This document shows positions 29,598 through 43,879 of a DNA stretch of 56,591 nt, piece after piece (the first letter of the stretch is position 1; each line of letters begins with the position of its first letter). Made by a program: the position numbers and the translations under genes. This DNA is from Trichinella spiralis (lineage: Eukaryota), in assembly GCF_000181795.1 (NCBI RefSeq), contig NW_003526941.1, forward strand, positions 8,486,495-8,543,085, written 5' to 3'. The notes under the pieces were generated by a model. That model worked only from the letters and a program-made list of their open reading frames with translations, was not told the origin of the DNA and did no database searches.

Positions 29598-32500
29598 CTG
29601 AAACACCAGCTCTGAGAAAAAGAAGAAGCAAACACAATCGACAATTGAACAGCTAGCAGAAGCAGCAACAGCAAGCAAGCAAGCAAGTAATATTAGCAAA
29701 ATTAGCAAAAATTGGAAGAAGCCGCCAGAAAGAGCAGAGAATTGTGTATCATTGAACGTAAAGTGAAAAGTCGTTAACGCTTATTTTTACGACTTGCCCA
29801 TTCGACAACCTTTTCGCGCGCTGCATCTAGCATCATTATATAACAACAATGGCAATAAATTAAAAAGCAGCTAAAGCAGGTGTTGTTCACTGTGCTGTGA
29901 CCAAACGCAACAACAACAACAACACCAAGCAATGATCAATCAATCGACATCCTGAACAAATGCATTTTGTACATGCAAAAACAAAAAATCAAAAAATTAA
30001 TACAATACCAATCAACTGCGCTGTATGCTAAAATGGTAAAACTGCTAATATTGGTCCACCTCTTCCTCCTCAGTGTGTGCAATTGTTGCACGAGATACTA
30101 CTGTAACTTGCAGCAACTGAACATGGATTTTCCATTTTTTTTCTCTTCACATTTACAAAACAGGGTCAAGGTTTCAAAACTGCACAAATAATGGAAATGG
30201 GTGAAAAGCAGTTTATCAAAACCAATTTTCAAAAAATTACCCTCTCGGCGGCATATTTTTATTGATAAGCAATTGCAAATGTTTAAGAGCTTATTTGTCC
30301 TTTGATTGAAAAACAAAAAAGTTCACAACTTCTGCTCTAACATTTAAATAATTTACCAGTGTGCTAAATTGGAAGAGAAAAAAAATGCACGCGAAACCAC
30401 AAAACAGCACCTGGCTAACAGTGACACTTGAAGGTCATTTTTTTCAGCTTGCTAATAATTACACTTGACATTGTGAAATGCACACCAACATGAAAATTGC
30501 AAAAAAAAACCAACATAACACAGAAGAAAAAAAATTAATTTTCAAAATAAAAAGTAAACTGATGATGAATCATCAGACGAATAAACAAATGTGATCAAGC
30601 GAAATTAAACAGAATAATAATGATGAAGGTATAATAGAACAGAAACAAGCAGGATGCAACACACAGTGCAGCTATTTGAATTAAACTGCAAACAAGGGTG
30701 GTGCAAGAAAAGAAGAACAACGCTCGATTTATTGCGCCGGCCGAGCGTGGTGGGTGGATGTAGATTATTCAGTCAAGGACTGGTGAAAAAGCCATTCCAC
30801 CCCAATGTCGCCTACACGCTTCCAAATCAACCCCGTTCTCTTGGAGAAAATGATGCAAAAATCGACACGCAACAACATTTTCAAGTCACGGCGATCCACA
30901 GGGGAAAAAACATTTTTATCACCCAAATCAGCAAAATTTATAATTTCGTGAAAATTTTGAAACAACACAATCACAAAACAAAATACCAATTCACGACAAA
31001 TAATTTTTGATTATCAAAAGCAGTGCACAACGAAATCCACATCTGTAAACTGCTTTTTTTCAATTTGCATAAAAAAACACCACCAATACACGCGTGACTG
31101 GTACTGAATAGAATGGAATAGAGTTGAAAGTTTCACCATCAACACCTTCAAGCAAGCCTTCGCACAGATATCACACCGATTGGCAGCAGACACATACACA
31201 CACACACACACACATATATATATACATATATCACTTTGCCTGGGCCATGTGCATTAGCATGAAATTGAAACTGGTTGCCAATCTCGATACAATTAAATTC
31301 AACTTTCGTCTATTGTATGCATTATCATCGCGGAAACGAGAAAGCCACTTTTTCAGTAAAGAAGTTTATTCGCCTGGTTGTTCAAATTCAATCAATCAAC
31401 CAACCTGTATGCACACAAATTCCATCAACTATGATTCATTGGAAATGTGAGCAATAGCACAATCAAACTTAATAATCAACCTGTTCCAGGGATGAATATT
31501 TATTTGGTCCAATTGAATTGCAAATTTACAATAACGATAAGAATTTTTGATCAAAACTAAGAACACAGATTGGAAAAATTATAAAAAAAAAACAACATCA
31601 ACAACAAAAATTAAACATACCTTCTTCATTGACGTCATTTAGGTCGTCATCCCATCAGTCAACGCCTAAAAAGAATTTACATTTTTCAATAACTGACAAT
31701 TCATGCAGATTTTAAAAAAATGCGCAAACTTCTCCTTCAGAATAATTTTTAAAAAAAACAAAAAGTTGCATCGTAGCAAAGCATCACAGTGAACAAAAAA
31801 GTAATTTTAAAATATGCTGCTCTTTCTCTTCCCCCCCCCCCCCATTTTTTTTCTAAATTCCCTTGCAAATTGTTTGAACAATCGATGAAAATGACCGCAC
31901 GCACTTTTGAGCGCGCAATTCTGAAGGCCAATGTTCCATATTAATCGCGTGAGAGAATCGTGTTCAAATTGTACAACATCGACCCTGGAAAAAAAGACAT
32001 CAACACAGATAATATCAGAGGATGCATCCAGTGAACGGAAGAATACTGAACATCACAACTTCAATCCTGACAACAAAGAAAATGGACGGCAAACATGTTC
32101 CCATGCATAAATAACCAGCGTTGTTGAACGACACTGACAAGCATGACTCATCGCTTTCACAATTTTACACCCAGACAAAGTCAATATTGCTTTTTCACCG
32201 TTGAGCAAATGTCTTCTTCAGCTTCGCACCTCGGCGATCAACAGAGTGGCCAATAAACAAACAATTACTACCAACCACAGTTTCGGTCAACCACCAGCAG
32301 CAAACCGTATGTGACCTCCCCAGATGAAAAGAGGCAAGAAGCTTTCTTTTTTCGTGCATATTTAAATCGCACAAAGCACCAACCATTTGCCTATATCAAC
32401 CGTTGCCATAAAAACAAAAAAAAATCCAACGCGACAATTATTCAATGATTCATAAGCTGATGAACAAGACAACGCCACTGGCAATAATACATACATCCAC

Positions 32501-35189
32501 CCTCATCAAGTCGATCGATTCAAAAGCAGAAAGATTCAGCTAGTCAACTAACTGAAAATGATGTTGTCGCAGCATTCGTATCGTCAAATCCAATAATAAA
32601 TCTGCCGCGCTAGATTCAAATGATCAACCAAAAACAAACATGGATCGATTTCCATAATTATAAAAGAAGAAGAAGACAAAATAATGTACTGATGAAGATA
32701 CAAAAAAAACCATGCATATCGCATAAACAACCCAATAACAGCCATATGAGCAAAATAAAAATGACAACCACTTTCCAACCAGTGCAATTGACATTCTTTT
32801 AGCAAAATTGTCAAAACTGCAAACTTTACAACAAGAAAACTGTTGCTTGAACGACGACAGAGCCACCGCTTCTATTTTCTCGTCCACGATAAAGCGCCCT
32901 TTTAAATTTCAAGTGCATCAAGTCGTAGTGCAAACCGGATCGCATGGTTCGTGCTTGTGCGAGTAACTCAATTAGCGCCAAATCGACTTTAACGAATTCC
33001 TACTTTAGTGGCAATTTGTCATTGCTAATTTCGAAACTAATGCAAGCGAATCAACAGCAAATAAGGAAGGAGGGCTAAGGCACAATTACCACACTCTCCT
33101 ACAAATAGCCAGGCTAATTTTACTAGTATGCATTCCTTTTCGTCGACTGAAATAGAACAAGCAAATTTGGTAAAACAGAAACAAACCAACTCTTTGACAG
33201 AACTGACCGTGATCAATTAATACTACCGTGGATCAAATAAAAACGAATCAATGCGGATTGAGAAATGAAAAAAAACAGCACTTAAAAGTTCATACTTTCA
33301 TTTTCATGCATAAAGTTATCGTGTGACGATCAGTGCAACAACATCGATCAAATTGTCAGATTATATTTCAAATTGAAAAACAATAGAACGAAAACAATAA
33401 CTACGCCAAAGCCAAATGGTACCAAGTCACAGTATACCTATTTGCAGGTAAGTTCAAATTCAAAATTCATTACAGTCAGCTGGAATAATACAAATGTTAG
33501 TTCAATCATGCTGACATTTATTTTATTAAAAACGTAAAATATTTACAAAATTATAAAAATTTATATAATATATTTTAAAAAAGCAATTTCAAATGTCCAA
33601 TCATTTCCTAATCGAAATGTTCTATCATTACTTTTTTATATTATAGTTTTACATTGATCATTTTATTCAAAATTTGTTTAACAATAATAAATATAGTCCT
33701 TGAAATAAATTTTAATTGCAAAAAATGTTTTAATCGTGTTTTATAATGAAAAAAACTATACCTGCATTAACAATGGGAATATATTTTAAAAATAACTGAA
33801 TTTATTAAACGAAAGCATAAAATTGAGCGAATCAATAGAGTAAACTAAATTAGTACGGTAAAAACAAAAGAAAATACTGCACAAAGATAAAAGATGAAGC
33901 GGTATTTTCGTAGCAGTTGCATCAAATATTAAAAAGCAATTATTGATATGAAAAAAAATTCAATATTACTACCAATTGAATGTTTCAAGGACTTTAGGAA
34001 AAGCATTCAAATGTGCGTTGAAACAATCATTTAACTTTGCCTGAAATCTAAAGAAATTTCAAAATGACATCATCATTTCCTCGTCTTTGGAATGGATTTT
34101 CTCCAAAGGAAAATCTGCTGAACAATTGTATTTGTTAAGCGACACACTGAGATAGTTCGTTCAAAAGAAACAGAAAAAAACTTCAAAGTATTCAGATAAT
34201 GAAATTCTTGTTAGTTGTTGTTTCTGTTTGTTTTCTTGCTTTTTGAAAGCTTTCCGTTGAACAAACAAACTACCGGCAAAAAATCAACCGTGAACAGTAA
34301 AAATTTAAATTTCGTCGGTTCGCTTTCGCAAATATGATATGAAAAAGTATCTTAAAGTATTAACCTGAAACTTTAGAAAAAAAAACAAAAAATTAAATTA
34401 AAACCTGACACACTGACCTGGATATTGAAATTTACGCTTGCTTTTCCAGTTTCAAAAAACAAAACTTACCAAAAAAAACACTCTGGATCAATTGATGAAA
34501 ACTCTGCTCGTTGGGTAGATGTCAAAGAGGAGGTGAAACCTACGATTGAGGAGGATAGAGAATATGAATTCAGTGGTCGAATGGTGGTGGTGTAGAGGTT
34601 GGTCGACGACGTTCGACTGACTGGCTATCCAAAAAGACCAACTGACTCTTTTGATTGATGCTCAATTGAACCCGAAGAAGCATCACCACTTTGGCCAGTT
34701 GTGCACTGATTTGATCAAAGTGTGCGCAATGTTGAACTGCTTACTGATAAACGCATCCCCTGGCCCCTCTATGCTCGAATTTGAATTCAGCATCAATTGG
34801 AAAAATGATAATTATGATGTTGATGATGACTGCCTGAATAATATTTGCTTCTCTTCACCTGATGACTTGGACCACAACAAACTTTAGTGTAAAAACCAGA
34901 CCGCCACCTCAATTCTCAAGTACAAATATTTATTCATTAATATCAAGTAGTTGTGGGGGTAGCATATATATATATGTAAGTTACATTCTCGAAATAGCAG
35001 AGTAGGGCAGGAAAGTAAAAAAGAGAAGAAATTTCATTTTCAAATATTGTGAGAATAGATTTTCTCCACTGAGTTATTATTCTAGTTAACAATCGTTATC
35101 CAAGCTGAATTTTTTCGATTTATCGGCAATGATTATTGTCAAATGGAATTACGCTACGTAAATTTTGCACAATGCATTTGTCGAGGTAA

Positions 35190-38100
35190 TTATTTACCGG
35201 TCGAGAAAAAGTCGTTAAAGTTGATTCTCAACACCAAATGACTGAAATCTAAATCTTTCAAATGCTTACGAGTACCAATCAATTCTGCAATATGTATATA
35301 CATATATATTAAAATTAACAATAACAAAATCCACAACTGACCGGTGCAAATCTTCTTCATCTGCAATTGAGCATGTTTGGCATAGTAGATGGCCAAATCA
35401 TAACTGCCATACTGTATTGAACGACAGAATTTAACAACGCTCACCAGAAGCAGATTGATGATTTGACGACCAGGTAAGCAGCTCTCTTCCAAAAGGCAAA
35501 TTCGAAAAGCGTCATCGGCAAAATTTACCACTGCTTGACGGAGCTGAGCCAACGACTGCGCTTTGCAGCTACGCTGCTTGAAAGCGGAATAACAATCATT
35601 TATCAAACGATGCATCCAAAATGCCAATATTTCGTTGATCGCATTTTTCAATTGGAAAAAATAAACATGCAATCTAAAAAGTAGAAGCATGAAATTGAAA
35701 TATAATAATTTAAATTTATTTATGTTTAACGTCTGTAACGCAACGACGAAATGATGAAATAATTGTTTTAAAAGAAATGCTTTAATTGCATGCGAACATT
35801 GATAAAATAAAACTGAAATTACAATACAAATGATAATTTGAAAAAAATATACTCACTGATGATTGGATGCAAGATGTTTGTCATCCAGATGTACGAAAGA
35901 AGAAAATGCTGAATGAAGCATCCATCGAACAAAATGAATGTACATGACAAAAGTCCACAAGTGTTCGAAACACTGAATAACGTGCTCAGTGATGAGCTGA
36001 CGCAGTGGCCAGTTGAGGTAAAGACAAGGCTTCAAACAGGAAAAAAGTCTGACATCGTTGAGGGTAAATTCTTCTGGAATAAAAACCACCTGGAAAGTAA
36101 ATGAGCATGGCTTAAACTTCTTCAACAAGTGATCAAACGACTCCTCCAATATTGGAAGAAGCACTGTTGGACGAAGTACAGAACTCGGCTTCACTGATTC
36201 CGAAATACATGGAAACAGACAATCACATAAAGTGCCCATCGCTTTTGCATCACCGCATAAAAAAACGTTCTTTAACAATGCGCAAGCATTATCGATGTGA
36301 GCTTCTTGGCGGAAATAATCCAACAAGCATTCGTCGCTTTGACTCAGTCTAAACTATTAACGTTTCAATTAAACAAAATCACTTTTTTCAAGTTTATAAT
36401 TTAATCAACATAACAGTTTATAATGATACCTAATAATCTTTTATTTACAGTATGTATTATTTGCAACTATTTTAAAGGCATTTTTTCAAATTAAATATTT
36501 CACATCAAATCAATAATAAAATACGAAATGAAAATAAGTTAAAATTACAAGTTAAGTAAATATATCACTGAAAATACATACTTTTCAACTATGAAATTTT
36601 CCGTTAAAAAATTCTTCACTCGTAAACATTGCGGAAGATCGAAGTTCGCAAAAATGTTTGACATTTGATCCGATTTCGCCATGATTTCAGAATTATCTTT
36701 CATCCATTCTTCTACCTAAAAGTATCAGTTACGAGATGAAAAAATTGCCTTGAACAAAAGTTAAACGACAGTAATACTTGGAATTTTTGTGAGTAATTTC
36801 TTAAAAGAAAAATATCCAAATGACGATCCAGCAGCAATGAAAGTGGATCTTCAAGAGATGCAGGAAAGCTATTAGGAAGCCCATCGTAGACAATCATCGT
36901 ATCTTGGAAATGTGTCTCAAAACCATAATCTTGAAACAATTAATACATTTACGCGCACGTTCTACCCTAATTTACTGTAACAGTTTAATGCTTACCACAT
37001 TGAATAACAGGTATTTCTTTCATCAGTGGAAATTCATCATGATTGTCCCACCAAATACCATCTTTCCACAAGAATTCAACTGTACTACAAAACAGAAGCA
37101 AATATTTCAAAGAAATTAAAAACATCTGTTCTGCATAAATTATGAAGCTGAAATTTTTACTTTCCGCGATGAGTTTTCTGATACTTACTTTCTCAATGGA
37201 ATGAAAGATCTCTCTAGAAGATGAGCGAATGCATTCGGATAAAGTGAGTTTCCTGAAGTCAGCTCACAATATTCAAAAAGTGTATTCCAAAGCCAACCTA
37301 CCTGTAAATTTAATAACAATTTGTTATAAAATTAAATTACATACCAATACTTTTTCACCGCTCTTTTTCCAGTTTGACAAACTTCAAGCCGGTTCAAAAC
37401 TTCGTCGCATAAATTTCCCAAACACCTACAGTTTGCTATTTTCAGAATAAATTTTCATAAATTGAAAAAGAAAAAATATATATATATAATGAGAAAACGC
37501 CGAAAATATGTATAACCTCATAAATGAGAAGAAATGATTGAAACCAGTCACAATTTGAGCAAAATCTTTGCCACTTCTGACAACCGTTTGAACATCCCTC
37601 ACGTAAGTGAAATAAATCTTGGAAAGTGCTAGTTGAAAGCTTTGCATTGTGCGGCACAATGATGATTCATAATGGACCAACGTAGAAACACACCTTGCAC
37701 TGCAATTTAAATAGAACCTTAAATAAAAAATGACTTGGGTAGAAATTTCAACCTGGTGCCAGTTTCCAAAAATTGCTCTAGACACATTTCAAACGTTTCC
37801 CAAACGATTCCTTCAACACAAATCTTCAAAGGCATAAAAAATTTTGTGGTTTTCTAAAAAGAATACCATGAAAAGAAAACATAATGTCAGCTAGCTCATC
37901 AACTGTCTTCACACTTGCCTCATTCAAGCGGAAAAAGTCCGTCTCATGGCCAAGCATTAGACCAGTGATGTTGTATTTGAACGTTTCCAAAGACAATATT
38001 CTCGGATGCGAAGGCTTCGAACCAACGTTCATCCACAAATAGGCGTAATCCATCGCGTCTTGATGTATAATGGTTAAATGCTTCTCAGAAAGTTCGCTCA

Positions 38101-38885
38101 GCATTTGGCTTGAATTTTCCGTGTGCTTGTTCCGTTGCATCAAATCAGTCAAAGTAACTGGTGAATTGGATAAATTCTTTTTTGTACTATTAATTGTGGA
38201 TAATATTTCATTCAATTTGTCTTCTGAAATCAAATACAGTATTAATAATAAGAAAATGGCATTGAAACGATATTATGCAAAGAACCTCGAAAAAGCAAGT
38301 CGGAACAGTGCATTCCACAAGCTTCATCAAAATGAATAGGAAATTTCGGCTGCTTTCGCTGATGAAATAATTTCATCATACAAATTCAAAAATGAAAAAC
38401 AACAAGTTATTACTATCATACCTGAAATTGAAGACATGATGAATCGTCGGATAGTGTCATAGAAAATGAAATGAACTTTTCGGCGACGACCTTGTTGTTT
38501 AAATCCAATGAGAAAAGAAAAGCAAATATGGATATTTTAAGATCATCATCTTCAATCAGTCCTTCAAGTTCATCTAAAATATAAAATTAACCACCCTGAA
38601 ATGTTTTCTTTTTTGTGATCAAAAAACTGCAAGATTACCAAATAATCGCTTGAATTTTTCCGCCCTATGCGCATTCGTTTTGCATTTTCGATAAAAAAAT
38701 TCTTTTTTCCGTTGGCAAGTACGAGTGCGCAAATCTGCAAGCATGCTGCAATGTTTATCTGGTGGCTGCAGCAGTACTGAAAAACCTACAAAGCGATCTC
38801 TTCTGGAAACTGCATGCTGAGATGAAGCAGCGCAATTTCTCAGACGAGCCACCAACAGTGGAATATTTTCTTCAACGATAACCAT
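35190..38885 (-). CDS. Gamma-tubulin complex component (Spc97/Spc98 family), most like GCP6
   Basis: C-terminal GRIP2-like motifs LDYFRQEAHI..LKNVFLCGD..MGTLCDCLF, LYLNWPLRQLIT..FEHLWTF, and terminal SHLVLRINFNDFF. The internal exon structure is only partly resolved. Confidence 0.7.
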
Positions 38886-41539
38886 TTCTGTAATTACAAT
38901 AAATAATTCGCGATATACAAATGATGTTGCTCTTTTCCAAAATTTCCCTCAAAAAACACTCAAATCAATTTTGTTATTCAAACAGTAAATCATTGACTAA
39001 TAAAATTACAGTTCTCATTTACACGCAAACTGATAATTAAATGGAAGACCTGAGAAATTAAACATCAAGGAAAGTTTTAAATTATCTCCATGCTTTTATA
39101 TTTTGTAAACTTACAGGTTTGTCTGAAATAGTCAATTATGGAAACTGTAAAGCAAACTACGAAAAATCATTTCTAAAGTGAAATGGATATTTTAAAATTA
39201 TACTTGATCAATTTAATAATAATTACACGCCGGTTAACTTGTTTGCGATATAAAAACACATGAAAAGTAATTTAATGTAAAGTGAAAATAAGGTAATATT
39301 TTTGATTACGGTGCTTATCATTAAATGATGTTGCCAAATTGCACTTCATAAAAAACAAAATATTTATTAAATTGATTTTTCAAATATTTTTTATGAATTT
39401 ATTATTAAATTAAATATTTGATCACAAGTAAAATTTTTACATAAGTTTGGAAAAATGGAAAAGATAATTAAGGTTTAATATTTCAAGATTCAAATTTGAA
39501 CAACTGTTATAATTAAGGAAATGAAAATTCAGGGTATTTTGAAAAGAAATAAGAATGAAACTTCAAATAAATGTTTCAAATGAACAAAATTAAAACTAAA
39601 AAAGCATTGGATTGCAGTTTTGTAATCATGTTTCTTGATTATTGTTGCTGACAGTAATAAGTATTGAATGACTTGTCATTAGTTGAACGTGAACTTCTCT
39701 AGGAAAAGTATCAAAAACTGTAAAACAAAAAAAAATTTCATTTTTTGCATAATATTTAATCAACATGAAAGCAGTCTGCTAAGAAGTGCTTCAGGCATAA
39801 GAAAAAATTTCCAGCGAAAATGTTTTCGGTTGAAATTTTGTTAATTGGGTAAGTATTCGTTAAAAATTGTTGGTTAAATGGAATCATTTGATCTGCACCA
39901 AGTAACTGGTGTAGAATTCAACACAAAATTAGTCGGAATGATAGAAAATTCTTTAACGCAATTAAAATATCATTGAAAAATATGACGATTTACATATATA
40001 AGCAACTTTCATTTATATATTTTCACAATATGTGATGAGATTTAAGTAAATGATGCAAAACAATTTTAATTTATGCATGTAAAACATATAAATGCTATAT
40101 TTTACTTAGAAAAGTAGTTTGTGTTGAATTTTCATTTTCACGATTATCAGTAATCACGTAATCAACTTTCATGGACAAGAGTGTCATAACTTTTTAATTT
40201 TATGCGTTAATGTAATGAAATAGGAATAATTTAGCATGCTTTTTCAATGAAAGAAAGAATTTTGAAAATGAGCATTGAGCTATTAGCCATTTATTGAGAC
40301 TACGTGTTTGAATAACTTATAATTTTTTCTGTTTATTACACACTTTTTGGAAGTGCTGATTATCTTTGATATGAGAATAGCCATTATTTATTTTATCAAA
40401 CGATAAATCGAGTAAAATAAATGTCTGATGTAATTGCATAAGTGAAATATTAGTTTGTATAATAATTCTTCTTCCAAATAAATGTTACGGTTAATTTTAT
40501 ATTTAACTATAGCCTTTTTGTGTCTCTTTTAAGAGTCTTGCATGATTTGATTGGCGCCGTTGTGTCATTTTGTCATTAGTACTAAAATAGAAATTAAGGA
40601 ATTTTTAAGAATAGAAAGAATTTGTCTTTTGAAAGTCCAGTTTTAAGCTGTTTGCATATTGATAAATCGCTTCCAAAATTTGAATATGATTCCGTTCACT
40701 TTTTGCCTGCTGATGAAAATTTGTATTTGTTGTTCACGTTGGCAAACTTTATTTATATTCGAAGGTAATTTCGTTGTTTTTTTTAATTGAAAAGTAAGCA
40801 ATCTGAAAATTTTGATGTGTAGTAAGTTAATCTGAAACAGCTGACTGTATGGATGAAAGGAAAAAAACCGAAAATATGTCGATTTAAAATATTGAAAAAT
40901 TCGTGATTAATCTTTGTTCATTTTGTCGTTGATGTTCAGATTTTTTTAATCATTTATTCGTCGTCGCATTTTTATTTAAAATATTGTATTTCCCAGTGTT
41001 CAGGTATGCGATTATTGTAATTTGAAATTTTCATTTCTAGAAATTTTGTCTTTTGATCAAGTTTTATAAGTTCACACAATTGCGATAATGGTTTAAATTA
41101 TAAATAAAATTTAAAATGAATCTATGGAAAATAGCTGATATATTAGATGTTCAGGTATAAAATTTCTTTTTCTGACTTGATCTGTTCATGACATTACCAT
41201 GAAAAGAAATGATTTTAAATAGAAATTGAAGGATTTTTCAACTTATTTATTATTTTAATAATTTATATTTTTAGCTATTTTAACTTTAATTCCCATGTCA
41301 TGATATACAAACTTGAATACATATCATCGTTTACAGTGTTTGTGATAGTCATGCGGTGATTGTGATTGGTCAGTAAAAGTTTAAATTAGGGCGTTACTTA
41401 TTAAAGTGTTTTTTCCTCGAGGTTCATTCTTGCGTATTTTTTTCACCTTGTGCTTTTGGTTTGCAACGGTTGTTTACTCTTTAGCTTTCGAACAGGTTTT
41501 ATCATTTACTTTGCTGCGTTGAATTTTTCCTCAGTGGTG

Positions 41540-42484
41540 ATGAGTTCCGCTAACAAGAATAGAATTCGACGCATTCATTCGAAAGATTCGCATTTAGAAA
41601 ATGGTTCTGATAATGGAGTCACTGCCAAAGGGGTGCTGAAATTTGAAATTCACGAAGAATTTGTCATACACAAAGTGCACGATGCAGTTACGAATACAGT
41701 TGAAGTTTTCAACATTTGGATGTTAGAACGGTATTTGTTTGATTGTGTGGATTTGGGCGTACTTCTTGGTGGTAGGAAGTGTTCGAATTTGAAGGCGATT
41801 AAAAAGAAATTCAAATGCGTCATTGAATGTGGTGAGAGTGGCTACGCGATGGAGCCAGGTCAAGAGAGAAGAATGGCGATTTTTGTTGATTTCAAATGTA
41901 AGCATGAAGAATATGAAGCGGTGTATGATGGCATACGTTCTTCGTTTGCGACATTTTTGAAGGATGCAATTCAGGAAGCAATTTTTCGTCCGAAAGACAT
42001 CAAAGGACGAAAGAAAGCGACTAAATTTCATAAGAAAAGGACTATCCCAGATGAAGTATTAATCACTTACGATATGTATGAAAAAGTTCCAATGCTTAAT
42101 GGAGATGGTATGTATCGATTGATTGGCTCAGACTGGCGAATGGGTCCGGCAGAGGTGAAAGATGATGGTAATGGTAGCGATTTAGTTTACCTGATTTCTA
42201 TTATGGCAGTGAGAAAACATAACAATAGAAGGCAAAAAGTTGGAAATCTTTCGATAGTGTATCCTTCAACTTCTAAAGCAGAGCCTAAATGTGTGGATAA
42301 AAGAGTGTTGTTGATTCAGAAGAGTGATGATGAAGAATGTGAAGAAACGTTGAAAGTACCACACGAACCACCAAAGGAACACAGTGAATTTCCTTGTTGT
42401 TGTGCATTTTGCAAGGAGACGCTTCTTTGTTCCCTTTCTGATGGAACGGAAATTCAAAGATGCTGTCGAAAAAACGACGAATGA
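41540..42484 (+). CDS. Intronless ~314-aa protein of unknown function with a degenerate KH (STAR/maxi-KH-like) domain and a Cys-rich C-terminus
   Basis: Long uninterrupted ORF in AT-rich DNA, with ATG just after a TTTTCCTCAG acceptor-like site. VDLGVLLGGRKCSNLKAIKKKFKCVIECG resembles KH helix-GxxG-helix-strand with a broken GxxG. C-terminus CCCAFC..C..CC. Confidence 0.7.
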   Translation: MSSANKNRIRRIHSKDSHLENGSDNGVTAKGVLKFEIHEEFVIHKVHDAVTNTVEVFNIWMLERYLFDCVDLGVLLGGRKCSNLKAIKKKFKCVIECGESGYAMEPGQERRMAIFVDFKCKHEEYEAVYDGIRSSFATFLKDAIQEAIFRPKDIKGRKKATKFHKKRTIPDEVLITYDMYEKVPMLNGDGMYRLIGSDWRMGPAEVKDDGNGSDLVYLISIMAVRKHNNRRQKVGNLSIVYPSTSKAEPKCVDKRVLLIQKSDDEECEETLKVPHEPPKEHSEFPCCCAFCKETLLCSLSDGTEIQRCCRKNDE

Positions 42485-42523
42485 GATGATCTCTTCAACA
42501 GTATTAAGTTAAGCAATGATTTT

Positions 42524-42551
42524 AACCCAACGGCCCTCCTGAGGGCCACTA
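42524..42551 (+). promoter_or_regulatory. Histone-type 3' UTR stem-loop (SLBP/CDL-1 site-like)
   Basis: AACCCAAC-GGCCCT-CCTG-AGGGCC-ACTA: 6-bp stem (42532-42537/42542-42547), 4-nt loop with C at position 1 and U at position 3, CCAAC 5' flank and AC 3' flank, 47 nt after a stop codon. Confidence 0.72.
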
Positions 42552-43879
42552 CTTTACAAATTCCATTATTGATTGTGCAGAGTGAAATAATTGTAGTGAA
42601 ATTATTGAAAATATTATGAAAGTTCAAAGAAAAGATATATAACATCATCTGTGAAAATTACAAATCTTGTTTAAACTGATTTTGACTGTTTCGATAACGA
42701 AACCGACAATTTAGAATTTTTTGTTGTTTCAGAATTAATTTGGTAGAAAAATTTCATGAAAAAATACAGGTATATTTGGAGTTTGATCGGTGATGAATTT
42801 CGAGAAAGGTTTTTTATTATCAATGAAAAAGCCTGTTTTTTACACTTCTTTCTTCTTGAGCACAATCTGAATTTATCAGAAATTGTACAACGGTTTTGTC
42901 ATTCAAAAAGAAAGCATTTACTTCAAATGTAAAGTCGACATTTTTTATCTGAAAGTTCGCGTATCCCAGGGATGGCAGATTCAGCATTTGAAAATGATTG
43001 TCTTGAATCTATTTTTCCCTTTCACCGCATTTCAGCATGAGGTTCAGGAGAAAATCTACTGTCAAACTTGTAGAAGATATTAACAGGGTTGATACCTATT
43101 TTATCAGATTTGCTTGCCATCGTATTTCTGTTCATTTCTCAAGCAAAGACATTACCCTGCTTCAAAAATTTGATACATAATCAACATTTTCGGTTGTACC
43201 TTTTATGTAAATATTGTACGCAGATACAATATTCTTGACTATTCTAGCCATATCGTGATGTGTAAAGTGGAGAACTTTCAAATTGGAGTGTCCCCCCCCC
43301 CTCCGATGACTACATAATCATTGTATCCATTCAGGAATCAGTACGTGATGAGACTTTCATTAGTGAGAAATTTAAAATTTCTTTTATAATCTGTTTTTCA
43401 GTTGTAACGATTAAGTAAATATTCATTCTGAACATATGCAAAATAGCTTTCTTCCATTTTCTTACATTACATTCAACTATAATTAAGGTTAAAAAAGCAT
43501 TTCAAACTTTTGCAAACATTACGTCTTTAAAAACAGAAAAGAATATTTATGTGATAAGAATTAATAATTTGATGATGGCATGACAGAGTTTAATGATTGT
43601 CAAGTATGGTAATAATCAATATTAAAACAAGAAATTATTTTATAACAATACAAACATAAAAATAAAATATTGGAATAAATATTTTAAATTTTTTATATGT
43701 TATGCTATTAAATATCAAGTCATTTTTAATTTAATAATATATCCATTGTAAAATTTTACTTGCATTTCATGTTTTGTAATACAGTAATGTTAAGTTGCTA
43801 TTGAAAATGCTGATTGGAAATGAATTGTCGACTTTGCACTGGATAAATTGTACCGTTGTAGGAAATTGTTTGCTCAACA

